The position numbers were made by a program, and so were the translations under genes. A DNA stretch of 64,000 bases, from positions 1,777,927 to 1,841,926 of the forward strand of contig OZ199838.1 of assembly GCA_964304625.1 (NCBI GenBank). Reading direction: 5' to 3'. Each line of letters opens with the position of its first letter. Position 1 is the first letter of the stretch. This stretch comes from Kudoa neothunni (lineage: Eukaryota > Animalia > Cnidaria). The notes under the pieces are model-generated. The model did no database searches. It was not told the DNA's origin and saw only the letters and a list, made by a program, of their open reading frames with translations. This document shows, one piece after another, positions 1 through 12,400 of the stretch.

Positions 1-893
1 CCACATGCTTTGAAATGCTTCTTTGATTGACTTCAATAGGTAGATCCACTTCGGTCGGAAACTTGCACTCTCTTCAGGTTTAACCATGTTATCATCTGTA
101 CTGGGGTCCGACGACGGTATTACCAATATAGATGCTATAAAAAGCATCTAAATTACAGAGGAAATATTAAGATATATCGATATGAAATTAAGACAAATAT
201 TTTTGTAGACATACTGCGCATAAAACGCTTTCAGTACCAGTAATTATTAAGTATCTTTTTTGCATTTGTTGCATATCACTAGTTTGGCCCATAACAAGAG
301 GTGAAAACACAAATCCCACAGCAGTCCCCAACAATACTTCCATTTACAATCAAAGTGGTGGAAGTAAGTTGTTGATGCTCCTCAAAATATACTGACGAGA
401 CCAACGAAGGTATGTTATTTAAAACACACTGTGACAGCGAAACAATCACATTGCCGAGCATAACCACCCAAAACGAAATATGGATGTAGTCTGATGGAGT
501 GTCGTTATGGTATCCTAACAGGAAAGCCAAAGTTCTTAAAAGGCATCCAATAAATATCAAAGTGGTTCCTGCAACTATACATCGCTTGATTCCTATCAAC
601 TGAGGTAAGAATAAAGAGGGAATGGCTTGAAATGCAAATGTAACAAAAAACACCACTGAAAACCATTCACAGACAACAGAGCTTTTTTTAAAATAACTCA
701 TTGTGGAATTGTTCACCGCTGATAAACTTATCCCATATTTCGCACACAAGCAACAAACCAATAGAAAGGATTGCGGATATAAGAAATTTTCTAACCCCGG
801 ACTTTTTCGTATTAGGTACATTAGAGGTAGTAGGTTGTGGGGGGTTGTGAATCTAATGACCCATTCGGATTCGTACTCCCCCAACTTAACCAT
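1..893 (-). CDS. FLVCR/SLC49-like MFS transporter (heme/choline exporter family); 3' end runs off the window
   Basis: After correcting two homopolymer frameshifts (ccc 732-734, cccc 326-329) it reads RKFLISAILSIGLLLVCEIWISLSAVNN...CEWFSVVF...GIKRCIVAG...FWVVMLGN..SLSQCVLNNIPSLVSSVYF...IVGTAVGFVFSPLV. This parallels FLVCR RRW..FQWIQYS..VDWLS..GLR..FWVTMLGQ..VAQVFILGLPSRIASVWF..GTAVGFLLPP. GT-AG intron ~213-148; exon 147-1 stays open. Confidence 0.8.
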
Positions 894-1992
894 GCTTTTT
901 TACGCTAAGCACTCAGTGTCAATCTACTCTAACTCGATCAGACTAAGGATTAGCAATCACATTGGTATAACCAACCGATATTTCTGGCAGACAGGCGAAG
1001 GTTTTTGAATAATCTCCTACCTCTTTGGTGGTTCTTGTTGCTAATATTAGTGGGGTTAGTGATTTATATCATTTTTTATTAACGTTAATTTGAATGTATC
1101 GAGGAATTGTGAGTTATCGGTTCCCACAAGTCATTATACAATAAGATTAATAATCCTTTATTTATTCTGATTATTTTGAAAACATGGACTACGTTGAAAT
1201 TGAACTCATTCCCTTAGGTATTTCTAGCAGCAACCACAAATTACTGGATTAGCTCGTGGGATTATTGTTTATTTGCTTGTTATTCGTAAAACGTATTTTG
1301 TGAAATATGCCTATTGCGCACATTTTCGAGGATTAGAAAAAAACTGTGCAATAAATATTATTCAGTTTTTCGTTACTTTTTATTATCGATCCCATCTTTT
1401 TCGACAGAATTGATTTTTTAACCAAAATTGTTTATAACTTTAAATCAAACTTCCTGTCACATTAAAATTTGGTTTTTTAATCGAAAACTCAATTATTAAA
1501 GCTTAATAACACGGCCCCAACTCAGTGCGCATGCGCGGGGTGTGATTTTTAGAGGGCTGCGAGCGGAGTTTTAAAAAAACCCAAAGTCGAGAAAAACACT
1601 ACTTTAAGGTACACACAAAAAATAGAATCATATCTATGAAAGTTTTTAATCTTCTTCCGATTCAATAAATACGTCTTCACACATAAAATTTAAATTAATC
1701 GTCGTATGATTACGAAATTTTGGCGTGAATACTCACTCACGATTAATTACTTCATAATTCAAAATATATTTTGGAATAACTTTTAAATTATCTAAAAAAG
1801 CGCGATAATGTTTACTGAGTAATTGTGTAATCGTGTCATGTTAAACAATCTAATGTGCTGTCGTTCCATATCGCAAATGTTTTAAACCCTGCATGCCGGT
1901 GGTTCCCGCACCCCTAAGGGTATAAATTGTGGGTTTGAGGATGCGAGACTCGATTACAACAGAAAATAATATTTGAGAAAATGTGAGTCAGC

Positions 1993-2089
1993 TACACCTT
2001 ATCGTATGCAACGTATGCAACATATACAACGTATAAAACATATACAACGTACGCAAGCTGGTGCGAGTCCAATTTTAGTTGAGAAGCGC
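1993..2089 (+). repeat. Dispersed repeat; second copy at 25544-25632
   Basis: Both copies share tacaccttatcgtat ... tgcgagtcc(a/g)a.tt.agttg..a.gcgc; their central parts differ. Confidence 0.65.
2003..2056 (+). repeat. 9-nt minisatellite, 6 copies (consensus CRTATRCAA)
   Basis: cgtatgcaa cgtatgcaa catatacaa cgtataaaa catatacaa cgtacgcaa read directly. Confidence 0.85.
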
Positions 2090-2288
2090 TTCAGCATGGT
2101 ATAATCTGAATAGAATACGTCATTAAAAATATATATATTAATGCCGTACATACAAAAATTTAATCATTCTTTAATGTTTACAGGTTTTCAATGAAAATTT
2201 TCTCATTTTGTATTAAATGAGCAAAACCCCCAAGCTCTGGATTTTTATTTTATTTGTAAAGAATATTAATTGTACATATTTAAAACTA

Positions 2289-3263
2289 CAGTGGCGCAGG
2301 GTTATTACGCACATTTTGAAATAGTGCCAAAAATTCAAAATATACAAATTAACCAATGATATAAATCGGGAGATAAGAGTAAAATATATCGATAAATATA
2401 ATTGTAAAATTGAGAAATAATTTTTTGTTGGGAAAAATAGGAGTGCATGCTTATTGCGCACCCAAGTTCTGTTGTTTGATTACATTGACATGGTTGGTAT
2501 GCGGTAGGAAAATAGAGAAAATCATCACCCACTTTAAGAAAACGTTTCCAACTATTTAATAATTAGAAAAATAAGGAATTATGATTGGCTCGAAAATGAA
2601 CGAACACCGTTAAGCGTTCCCGCCTTAAATCAGTCATCACATTGAAAACAATTGTGTCAATAGAATCAAAAATATTTGCAGACTTCATTTCAGGTGATTT
2701 AAGATTTTATCGCAAAACTCAGAAAAAATTCAAACTACTCGATATAAAAATGAAAGAATGGATCTAACTTTCGAGAACGAGAAATACATAGCTGACCAGA
2801 GAGTACAATAAAATAGGACAATAAATTAGCTGATCACATCGAGGATAACACGCCTATGACTGTTTGTCGAGGATTAGTCTAAAGATAAATAAATTAAATA
2901 GAAAATCTAAAAGAAATAAATAAAGAAATTATTCAAGGTCTATGACATCGAAATGTTGAGTCACATCACAAAGTTAAATTTTTCCTTTTGTAAAATAAAA
3001 TAAGAGAAATAACAAATTTCTTATTGAAAAAATAATTCGCTCTTAAACTATCTTATTTATTTTCCAAATACTCTGTGAAAAATAAAAAAATTATTATTAG
3101 TTATTGGTACAACAAGAGAATAAATAAAAAAACAGAAAAAGTGGCCGCGCATCCACCAAATTTTCCCACATGTGCGCAGGCGCTAATGGATATTAAGTAG
3201 CGCAGGGTTATTACGCACTCGAGTCTTTGTCACAAAAAAGTGCGTAGAATCTTTGCGCAACTG
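2289..3263 (+). mobile_element. Decayed Tc1/mariner-like element with 24-bp TIRs and TA flanks
   Basis: Left end TA|CAGTGGCGCAGGGTTATTACGCAC; right end (reverse complement) TA|CAGTTGCGCAAAGATTCTACGCAC. A further left-type TIR copy sits at 3197-3218. Weak transposase-like remnants at 2570-2890. Confidence 0.7.
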
Positions 3264-3295
3264 TATCTCGCCAATTTAAATATTTTACTCAAAAC

Positions 3296-5547
3296 TTGGA
3301 TATTGTTAGAATTCAATTACTAGCAATATATTCAGTTTCCGCGCATATTTGGGCTAAAAAGTTTAAATATCATGTACGCATGTGCAAGAAATGGATGAGA
3401 CGTATAGTTTCTATCTTAGATGGCTTAAAAATAGCGGTAACCACGATCAACGTTAATTTAAAAAATATATTTAACACATTTGGAATGTTTAAAGGTTTGA
3501 CCGAAACAGAAATTAAGAAATTTGTTGAAAATATTGTTCAAGATTTTGTGACACGTGAAAATAAACATTTTTTGAGTTCACAACGGGATCTCAATAATAA
3601 TTTTATGACAAATAGTGCGCACATAGAAAAATCAGTAATAGTTCGTTTCCAAATTTGAATCTTAACTTCAAGTTAAATTAGACTGAAAATGAGGAGGTTT
3701 CTTCTTGGTTGGACAATCTTTTAGATAATGGTTCCACATGGAAAAGTTTGATTATGAATATTTTCGAAGAGAATAGCGAAAATGAACGATTAAAATCCTT
3801 GGTTTCAGTATTTGAGTTATATTAATGAGTTGCCATATGGTTATCAACTTTTAGAGTATTTACAAAAAAGAAGGTAGAAAATTGTGTCATCCCTCCATAG
3901 TGTGTACAACACCAGATCTCTTTATTGAAACTATTATTGATATGATCTTTACTTCGATGAAGAATGGATCGATTTTAGATTTATCGGTAAATCATCTCTA
4001 TCCTATTTAGATTATTTCCAATTATAAATGATTACAACCAAGGAAATAGCAACATATTCACCATTCTCATATTTGACTGTTCAATGTGTTCTAAGAAAAA
4101 TTGTTCCCAATATTCTAGATGGGTCAATCTCAGCGAATTTGGTTGCCGCATTCGATCGAATATCCATTGAAGTGCATGAATATGTTTCCAAAAAATGCAA
4201 GTGATTCTCTAATTTATTTATTTATTTGTTTGTTCAATGAGATGTGTTGTACAGTCATAGTTGTTTGCATCAAATGGATTTGGTTCTAAACTCGGGCAGA
4301 AATTTTATTGACCAACAGCAACAAGAAATATCCGAGGTGTTCTTTAATTTTCTGCAAACCGGTTCCATCACAATAAATATGGTCGAACAGGTACTAATGA
4401 CTTCGTGGTTAACATTGATATCTGTTATAATCAATTATAATAGATACATAATTATCTCCATAAATATTATCTTTTATCTATGGAAACTAAAAGTGAAAGA
4501 GTAGTTTTACAAAAAGATTGTTTGCTCTATGATATTTGTTCAAATCGATTCCTATCAAGTGGATTATTTAATATTTGATTGGTGAATTTTGTTGTATTTT
4601 TAATTTTAGAGAGATTTGTGGAGGAATTGTTTATTCATTTGGAAATCAATGAGAGAGATAACAATCCAACAGAAATACTCGCAAAAACCCTTTCGCTTTT
4701 GATTGTGTGCAACAATGATAATCTTTTTAATGATTGTAATATTGATCAATCAAATGAGAATAGCAGCGAACACCAAGATACGAATAGTTTGGATTGTATA
4801 GAAAAATACTTTTTTCCGACACTATCAGCCTCCTCAGAAAGTTATCCGAATCAGAATTAAGCATAATACGATTTGAAGATGTGTCAAAGACCCTTGAGAG
4901 ACCTCTAAAGTAAAAACCGTCTGATATTTTTACGTCTTTCTACTCTGATACCTTTGTTGGTAGGGTTTCTTCGATTGCTTACGGTTTTATGGTGTGGTTC
5001 CGGCATAATCTCGAAGTGAAGAATTTCTCAGATGCCACCCGCCATGACTACTATGCCCTATTTCTTTCTTCTTTTCGATTCAATTATCAATCTGCATATG
5101 CCTATATTGCATCGTGAGATTTTGGAAGTTTGAAATCAATTTTATTTATGACGTTTGATCATGTGGAAGCACTCACAGAAGTACAATTTTTCGGTCTTTC
5201 TTTTGTGATTTGTTATAGTTGAAACTCAAAAAATGCTGTATGAGTTCCATACTCTTTTTGATGATACATTGTGATATGATGCCGCAAGTGTACGAAGTGA
5301 TATCCAACTACAAGAATTCCTCCACGGATACGTCCTTGTTGTTCTATTTTATTAGAAAGGTTTGTTTTTTTAATTTATGGTGGTTTATTCGGTGATTAAA
5401 TATTAGTTCTTGAAAATTATAAGACCTCCATTTTCGAATGAATTCAAAAAGTTATGGGGTCCTTTCCTCAATTCTGACGATATTCAAAGTGGTTTACGTT
5501 TGAATGAAAAAGAAAGTCTAAATTTCTTTCTTAAACACATGGCTTAA
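3296..5547 (+). CDS. NELFCD: Negative elongation factor C/D (TH1-like), multi-exon; 5' end uncertain
   Basis: Spliced peptides IQLL..WLKNSGLTETEIKKFVENIV, SWLDNLLDNGSTWKSLI, IAYGFMVWF, LLHGYVL and IIRPPFSNEF...FFLKHMA* occur in the same order as human NELF-D VIQLL..EWLIQTGVEPVQVQETVENHL, AWLEQMIAHTTWRDLF, VAMGVLKWV, LLSRGYVL and IAPPYTSDF. Stop TAA at 5545-5547. Several homopolymer frameshifts. Confidence 0.8.
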
Positions 5548-6358
5548 TGGCGCCACTTTGTTTTTAAAATTGTTTCTGCAGTCATCTTCTTGATATTTGT
5601 AAAGATATTGTTTTTCTAATTGGTTCGTAGACATTTTTGGAATCTATAATTTGACAGGCAAAACAATTATTATGAATTTTAATGATACAAAAATATTTTT
5701 TATTTAAGTCAATTATTATCACAATTAGCTACAAACAAACGAAAACCAAATATATGCGATAGTGTGCTTTTTTATTTTATTTTAAATGGGTACATTCATT
5801 TACGAAATTAATCGTCTGTCGGATTATCAGGCGATTTTTTGAAGTTTCTTATTCGTTTTTATAAAAATAGAATTAACAGCTTATCATTTGGGATCGCGGT
5901 TTTCGATTTTAGTCGATTTTTTTTAAATAAACGTCGAAAACTGTGAGCACTACTTTTAATATTGAGTGAAATTCTGTGTGACCGGTTTTGAAGTTAGATA
6001 CGTTTTATAGTAGTCACAATGACCGATCAAATGTCCGTTGGTTGCGCATGAGGGTATGACAACAAATTTGATGAATTTTTACCTTCTTTAATATAATTAT
6101 TCTTTAAATTTTTTACAATGATTGAAAATTTTATATATTAATTCGATTAATCAAGGTTGTATAGACATAATTAGAAATTACTGTTAGGCGCTCTTGTATG
6201 GTTGTCGTGAATTGTGGGTCATTTTTTGCTGTGTTTAAAAATTGTTTTTCATATTTTTATAAATTCTTTATGTATGGAACGAAATTAATGTGTAGTTATA
6301 AAAGGATATACAGCGAAGTCTCGTTATAGCTCAATACATAAGTAATTTTTAAGCTTAA

Positions 6359-7190
6359 CCCATTAAAATAAAAGTTTTCAAAAACGGGAAATTTCAACTT
6401 TTAAATTAATGCTAATATTCAATGGAAAACTTCGGTTAGCGTTTGGACTTATAGTTATTCAAAAATAAACGAATGAAATTAATAATAAGATTAAAATGTT
6501 TGTTGATAGATAAATACAATACTAGAATTTATCCAAAAATTGATGGCTGTCACAATCGCTATTATACTTTATGGTTTACAAATCGATAAAAACAAAATTT
6601 TTATATTTATATTATGGGAATGTTTATGATCATTTCAATTAGAAAAACCTGGATGTTATATTAAGTTAAGTTGTGTTATATGTTATATTATATTATTCAG
6701 GTTGGCGGGTCTTAAAAACCTTTAACGAATCTTTAACTTTATTCGGGAGAGCCAATGATCCATTTTACGATTATATAATTTAAAAAATATATTTTATAAT
6801 TTATAACATTTTTATTCAAAATAGAAAACCCTTATGTTATCAATTACCCCAAAGAGTGATTTTAAAAAAAATACTAAATTAATGTATTTTTGAAAATGTT
6901 AAATCTTTAGTTTCTATAGTATTTTCCAAAATAATCATGCTTTTTAAGCTTATGTAGAAATTGATGATATAATTTAATTATTTTTTCACTTTTGGATTCC
7001 AATTACCTCTTGTGCACTAATTGTATGGTATATAGATGATAAAATTATTTTATAGCTATACAAAAGTTACATTAGAAAGATGACAATTAATTATATATTT
7101 GGTATTAATATTTCCAAAAAATTATATAGTTTTCAAAAAATATCAAGTGACGATAACTGGGTCGAAAACGACCCAACAAACTTTAATGGG
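6359..7190. mobile_element. piggyBac-type non-autonomous element (MITE)
   Basis: TTAA|CCCATTAAA ... TTTAATGGG|TTAT, with a subterminal palindrome GGGTCGAAAACGACCC near 7159-7174. Confidence 0.6.
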
Positions 7191-7846
7191 TTATTGCCAG
7201 GATTTTTTTTACGTTCAGACTGATAGAACATAATTTAATAGTTATTTTTCTCAACTCTTACCTGACGCATTTCTGAATAATTATTTAATTAAATTATTGT
7301 TTGTAAATATTATTTTTATTAATTTAATATAAATAAAAATGAACTTAAATTAGATTCATTGTGGATTTTTCTTTTATGAAAAAAATTAATACAAATAAGA
7401 AATATATTTTTGATAAATAAATGTATTAGTTTTATATATGCCATCTACAATAATAAAACATATTTAATTAGTTTAAAAACGTCCTATTTATAATTATCTT
7501 GGACTAACATTTAAAGTTAAAAATGAAAATAAATATACGTATATATGCAGATATACATAGAGGAAATGATGGATTTTGACCTACAAAGCACAAATTTAAT
7601 AAAAAATAATAAGATAAACGCGGTCATTCTAAAAAAAAGAAAGTATGAAGCGGTGGCTACAATAAGAGTAATAGTGATGAATATTCTTTTTTGCAAATAT
7701 CTAAAACGAAATGAAAATTATGCATATTCTTATACGATAACTCCAGATGAAAGTCACACGATAAAAAATTTTGGATTTTCATCATTATTTGTCCAGTAAC
7801 AATTTTCAAAGTTACGCTGACGACGCAAGCGCATGTTAACAACCTT

Positions 7847-8741
7847 ATGGGGAATTATGGCTCTAAGTCCCAATCTCCAACTTACAATCATGTCCAAATC
7901 ACTCCTAGAGATAAACAAATTTTGGTATATGTAATAAATGTTTCAATTCTAAAGTAACTATAGGAATTAAAATGTCAAAGGGATAATTTAAAAAAATACA
8001 TTACCAATGTGAGATAGATGTTAGGTTTTTTATGGGTGATAAAAGTTGATAGTTGGAGCAAAAAGTGCGATCAAATCGTGAATTTGCAAAAAAGGTTGAT
8101 AAATGAACAGAAAAGAGAGTATCGATTGTGTGCTTGTCTACCACAAATAATACCCTTATTTTAAGGAGAGCTTCAAACGTTTTAAAAATCAATAAATTTA
8201 AACAAAAAACTCATTGAAAGATGCGATTCAATGCTTCATCAAATAGAAATTTTAGTGATTAAAAACTCTATTGATTTTCCAACTAAGAATTCTAATGTAC
8301 AGATTGCTGACGTAGAAATGGCTGAAATTAATGTGACTGTCTTTGATTCATTGGGTTAAGGGTGTTGAATTACTCAAGCAATTGAATAGCGTACCTTTTT
8401 ATGAATTGTCACACTTATCGAATTCTTAATTTAGAAAGTCAATGTGGAAGACATAAAAATGGAAAATGACGAAGCCCTGCTTATGAATCAAGTTACATAC
8501 ATTTATTCTGCTAAAATATTTAATATCATTCTAACACAAGGAAATATCAAAAATTTTACTATCTGAATTGAATGAATCCGATTTGGTTGAAATCGAGCGT
8601 GAACTAGAAACAATAGTTGAAATATCTGCCGATGGGAACGTCGATTCTACCGTTGAAAATCTACCATCAGTTCCTAGTGAAAATCCTAAATCAGATGTAC
8701 ACAGTTCTATTGAGAAGAATAAACAAAAAATTATCAATTGA
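7847..8741 (+). CDS. CHMP6: ESCRT-III subunit CHMP6/Vps20 (7 short exons)
   Basis: Spliced product MGNYGSKSQ...ITPRDKQIL|ELKCQRDNLKKY...REFAKRLINEQKRE|RASNVLK...IADVEMAEINVTVFDSL...EISKILLSELNESD...LPSVPSE...KIIN*. The myristoylation start MG and the MIM2-like LPSVPSE match Vps20. Homopolymer frameshifts near 8090, 8205 and 8354. Confidence 0.9.
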
Positions 8742-9471
8742 TTTTTTTATGATTTTTATGGCCGATATTATGAAATTTTTTGCGTTATTAAATGATTAGA
8801 ATCCATTAATATAATTTACTATAAATTGTATTTTTCAGTTTATTGTATTTTTGTAATTTTTCTCATTTATTTTTTTGAACTAAATTTGCCTTTAATAAAG
8901 AGTTAATAAACATAACTTACTAAATTAATTCTTTCGTAGTAGATTTCAACGTTATTATTATTATTTTTCGAGAAGCAACGACAACTTTTTACATCAACCC
9001 TAGTTCAAAATTTTGTCATTATTTTTCTGTAGCTTCGATTTATTTAGTCAGTTGTTTGAAAAATGACTAAATTCACAATAAAAATTCGGGATTGATCACA
9101 ATTTTTGAATTTGCGTAACATAATAGCGATTTACAACAAAATCTAGTTATTAATCTGGAATATCTTTAATTCCTTGATAAAAATTATTTATTTAATTCCT
9201 GCTAAACTTTCCCTTTTAAAAAATTACTTTATTTCTGTAGTTTACTACCATAGATACGTTGAACTATGTTATCCTATTTATATATAAAATACATTTTAGA
9301 GAAATTAGGAGAATTCAAGAAAAATTTATTTATAACGATGATGTAAAAATTCCATACGATCTAAGGCTAGAAAATAAGTTTATTTTTGTATAATTGAATA
9401 AACAATTGTTTCCGATAATAAATACTATTCGTTAAAATATAATCCAATTTATATTTTGCTGAACTATTGTT

Positions 9472-12400
9472 ATGATGAATATAGCTAAAGGTGGTGTTTT
9501 CTTCTACTTTATACGTAAATAACATAAATTAATTCGTATTTAAAATAAAATTCAGTTTGTGTGCTAAAAAACTACCATGTTAATGCCACCCAGGAAAAAA
9601 CTACCCCGGATAAACTAATTTACCAAATTATTAAAGATATTGATGGAACAAATAAAGTGAAATTAAATCTTAGTGGTACAAACTATGGTGTTACTAGCAA
9701 CAAATGCCGCATAATGAGATCTAACGAGGCTGAAATCGCGGTAACTGATACTACACCAGCTGATTTTAAAGAAATCGATAATTGCTCGGCCAATGAAATT
9801 TCTGTTGGCAGTAACCAATGTGTAATTACATGTGGAACTGATGAAAATAAGCTAACGTACGATAAACTGTCTCCGAGAACTAAATACATATACGTATTTG
9901 TGGGTACTGTTGTAGATACTATCAAAGGGGAAGAACAGAAAAAAGGAGGAAAAGTGTTTGGTTACTCGATACGTAAGTTTATATAACCAATAACAACTTT
10001 TGTGAATTAAGTTTAGCGTTGATGGTGAATCCTCAAGTTACTGTAACTACAGATACAAATAAAAAACTGAAATTATCAACGATATCATGTCCTAATGTGA
10101 ATTGTCCCATTTATTATAAGGATATCCAGTATGTAATTGGAACAAAGGGAACCGATTGCAATACAGCAAATTCAGCGAATGAAGTTGAATTTGACTTGTT
10201 GTTACCTCATTATGAAATGAGATGCCAAAATTATCCAAGTTACTTTTACAATATGCCAAATGAATACATGAAAAAAAAATATTGAGATTTATAAACCACA
10301 GTTTTATGCTGCTACCAAAGAAGGAAACAAAGTAGAGATAAAGTTCACAAATTCACTCTCTTCTGAGATATGTCTCTTCAGTCTCAAAAGTGGTCTGGTT
10401 GCAGATGCTTCTACACAGTACAAGTCAATTTGTGGTGATGTAAATAAGAGTTGTTATGCACCCTGTAAAGATGTTGTTTTGGATGGTATTGAAAATAAAA
10501 GAATTTATAAAATATTAATCCAAACAAGACATCACGATATAACAGTAACTGGTACCAGCCCAGATGGTTACATTCAATATAAATTTGGTAATTATAAGTA
10601 ATATATTTTGATATTGTTATTATTGTATATAGCAAACACGGAACCAACTGGAGGTTTACTATCGGTCTACACGTCTAAAGGTGTCACATTTGATGCAACA
10701 CACTTTAAACCATCTAACGATTCAAAATTTGAAAAGTGTACTCTAAAACATTATCTAGCAGACAAGCCTAAGCCATCCTCACTTACTGATACGAAATGTG
10801 AAAATGGCAGTTCAAAAGGTGATAGCGATAACAAATGCAAGGATGATTGCAGTAAATTGGTTACAAAAGATCTGAAGGCTGGAAAAGCCTATATTATTGA
10901 AATTCAAGAACACGGAATAAGTGACGCAAATGGTTTTCAAGAACAGATATTTATAAGAACAAGTAAATTTCTAATATTATAAACTTAACTATTGTTATGT
11001 AGAAAAAATATCTGGTAAAGATTTTCAAACTACTCTCCCAACAAAGACTGATAAAAATGCTTCTCTAACAGCTATTGGAGGGTCGGTGCCGGATGATAGA
11101 AAAACCGAAGCAACTTGTGAATATTTGGTGAGTCCTGCAGGAAAGGATAGTTTCTATCCTGCCAAGTGTGCTAGCAGCAATCCATGTAGAGGTTTGTGTA
11201 GAGATCAAGTAACGATAGAAGACCTTGAACCAAACACATCTTATGATATCAGAGTAATCGCAGATAAAGATTATGAAATGATAGATCATAAAAATGTTCA
11301 AACAAGTAATTTGTTTAATATTTAGCCCAATTAATTTTATCTAGCTTTAACAACATTGGTCATATCTCACAAGGTCAAACCGGAAGGTTTGTTTGTGAAT
11401 GCACAATTATCTGCAGGGGATCCCAATACAAAATGCAGTTATATTGTAAAAGTGAAGAAGGAAAATGACTACACGGATGTTTACACTTGCCCCGCAGTGA
11501 CGGCAGTTCCAGTACCTACAATTACTAATGTACCAGCAGCTCCTCAACCATCGTCTTCGATGATACGTTCAAGCAATAGAAAATCAAATATTGCTAGAGC
11601 TGTGCTATCTACACATGCAAGTGATAATACTTCATTGGAACAAAACCAATCAGGAGGCGAATCTACACAGTCTTCTGGTGTTACTAATAGCATAGGCACA
11701 ACGTCAAACACATGTTCAGCCAATCCTTTGTGCAGTTCCATCATCTTCACTGGGTATGATGCAACAAACGAATATAAACTATTAGTAACAGCGATTGGAA
11801 AATCTTCAGAAAAAGATTTTTCTTTAGAGCCAAGTATCAAAAATCTAAATTTTTTAAATTTTACATATTTGAGGAATTTATTTTCGAAATTTTACATTTC
11901 GTTAGGTGCACCGAAAGGTAATCCCACTGATTCCTCTAAAGTAATAACAGTCATTATCACACGTGATGGGGACAGTTTCATCATAACTAACGGACTTCCA
12001 GCCAATATGGACGATAAATCAAAATGTAAATGGGAGTTACGAAACAGTAGTCTTATGTCGAGGGCGATAATAAAGTCTTGCATGGGACGGAGAGTAGATG
12101 GATGTTCTTCGTTCGTAACTTGCAAAGAATTCACAATAGAAGGTCTACCCGATGGAAATAACTATTACTTGACAGTTTACAGTGCGAAAGATCCAACGGT
12201 TTTCGGTACTGCAGATATACAACAAGGTACATTTATTGATAATTAAATAAATAATTAATTTAATTTGTTTAGGAGCCAAGAGCAGTTCAAGGTATGGTTA
12301 ATATGACACCATTATTTATCTTAATATATTTTTAGTGGAAACATAAAGCTTATGTAAAAATTATAAACTTAGTTCGTTGAAATAAGTTATATTTAGAATC

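Noticed and set aside
703-1008. 101-aa plus-strand ORF
   Set aside because: Antisense shadow of the FLVCR-like gene; no recognisable motif.
2003-2056. CRISPR-like array
   Set aside because: Contiguous 9-nt units with no spacers, no cas genes and a eukaryotic context.
2581-2693. Possible first exon of NELF-C/D
   Set aside because: Lies between the Tc1-like TIRs and fits decayed transposase at least as well.
326-10279. Calling the FLVCR-like, NELF-C/D, CHMP6 and modular genes pseudogenes
   Set aside because: The lesions examined are single-base indels in homopolymer runs, with motifs and splice sites intact; this is typical of assembly error.
9683-12134. Minus-strand ORFs at 9683, 10411, 11065, 11544 and 11892
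   Set aside because: Antisense to well-supported exons of the modular membrane protein.
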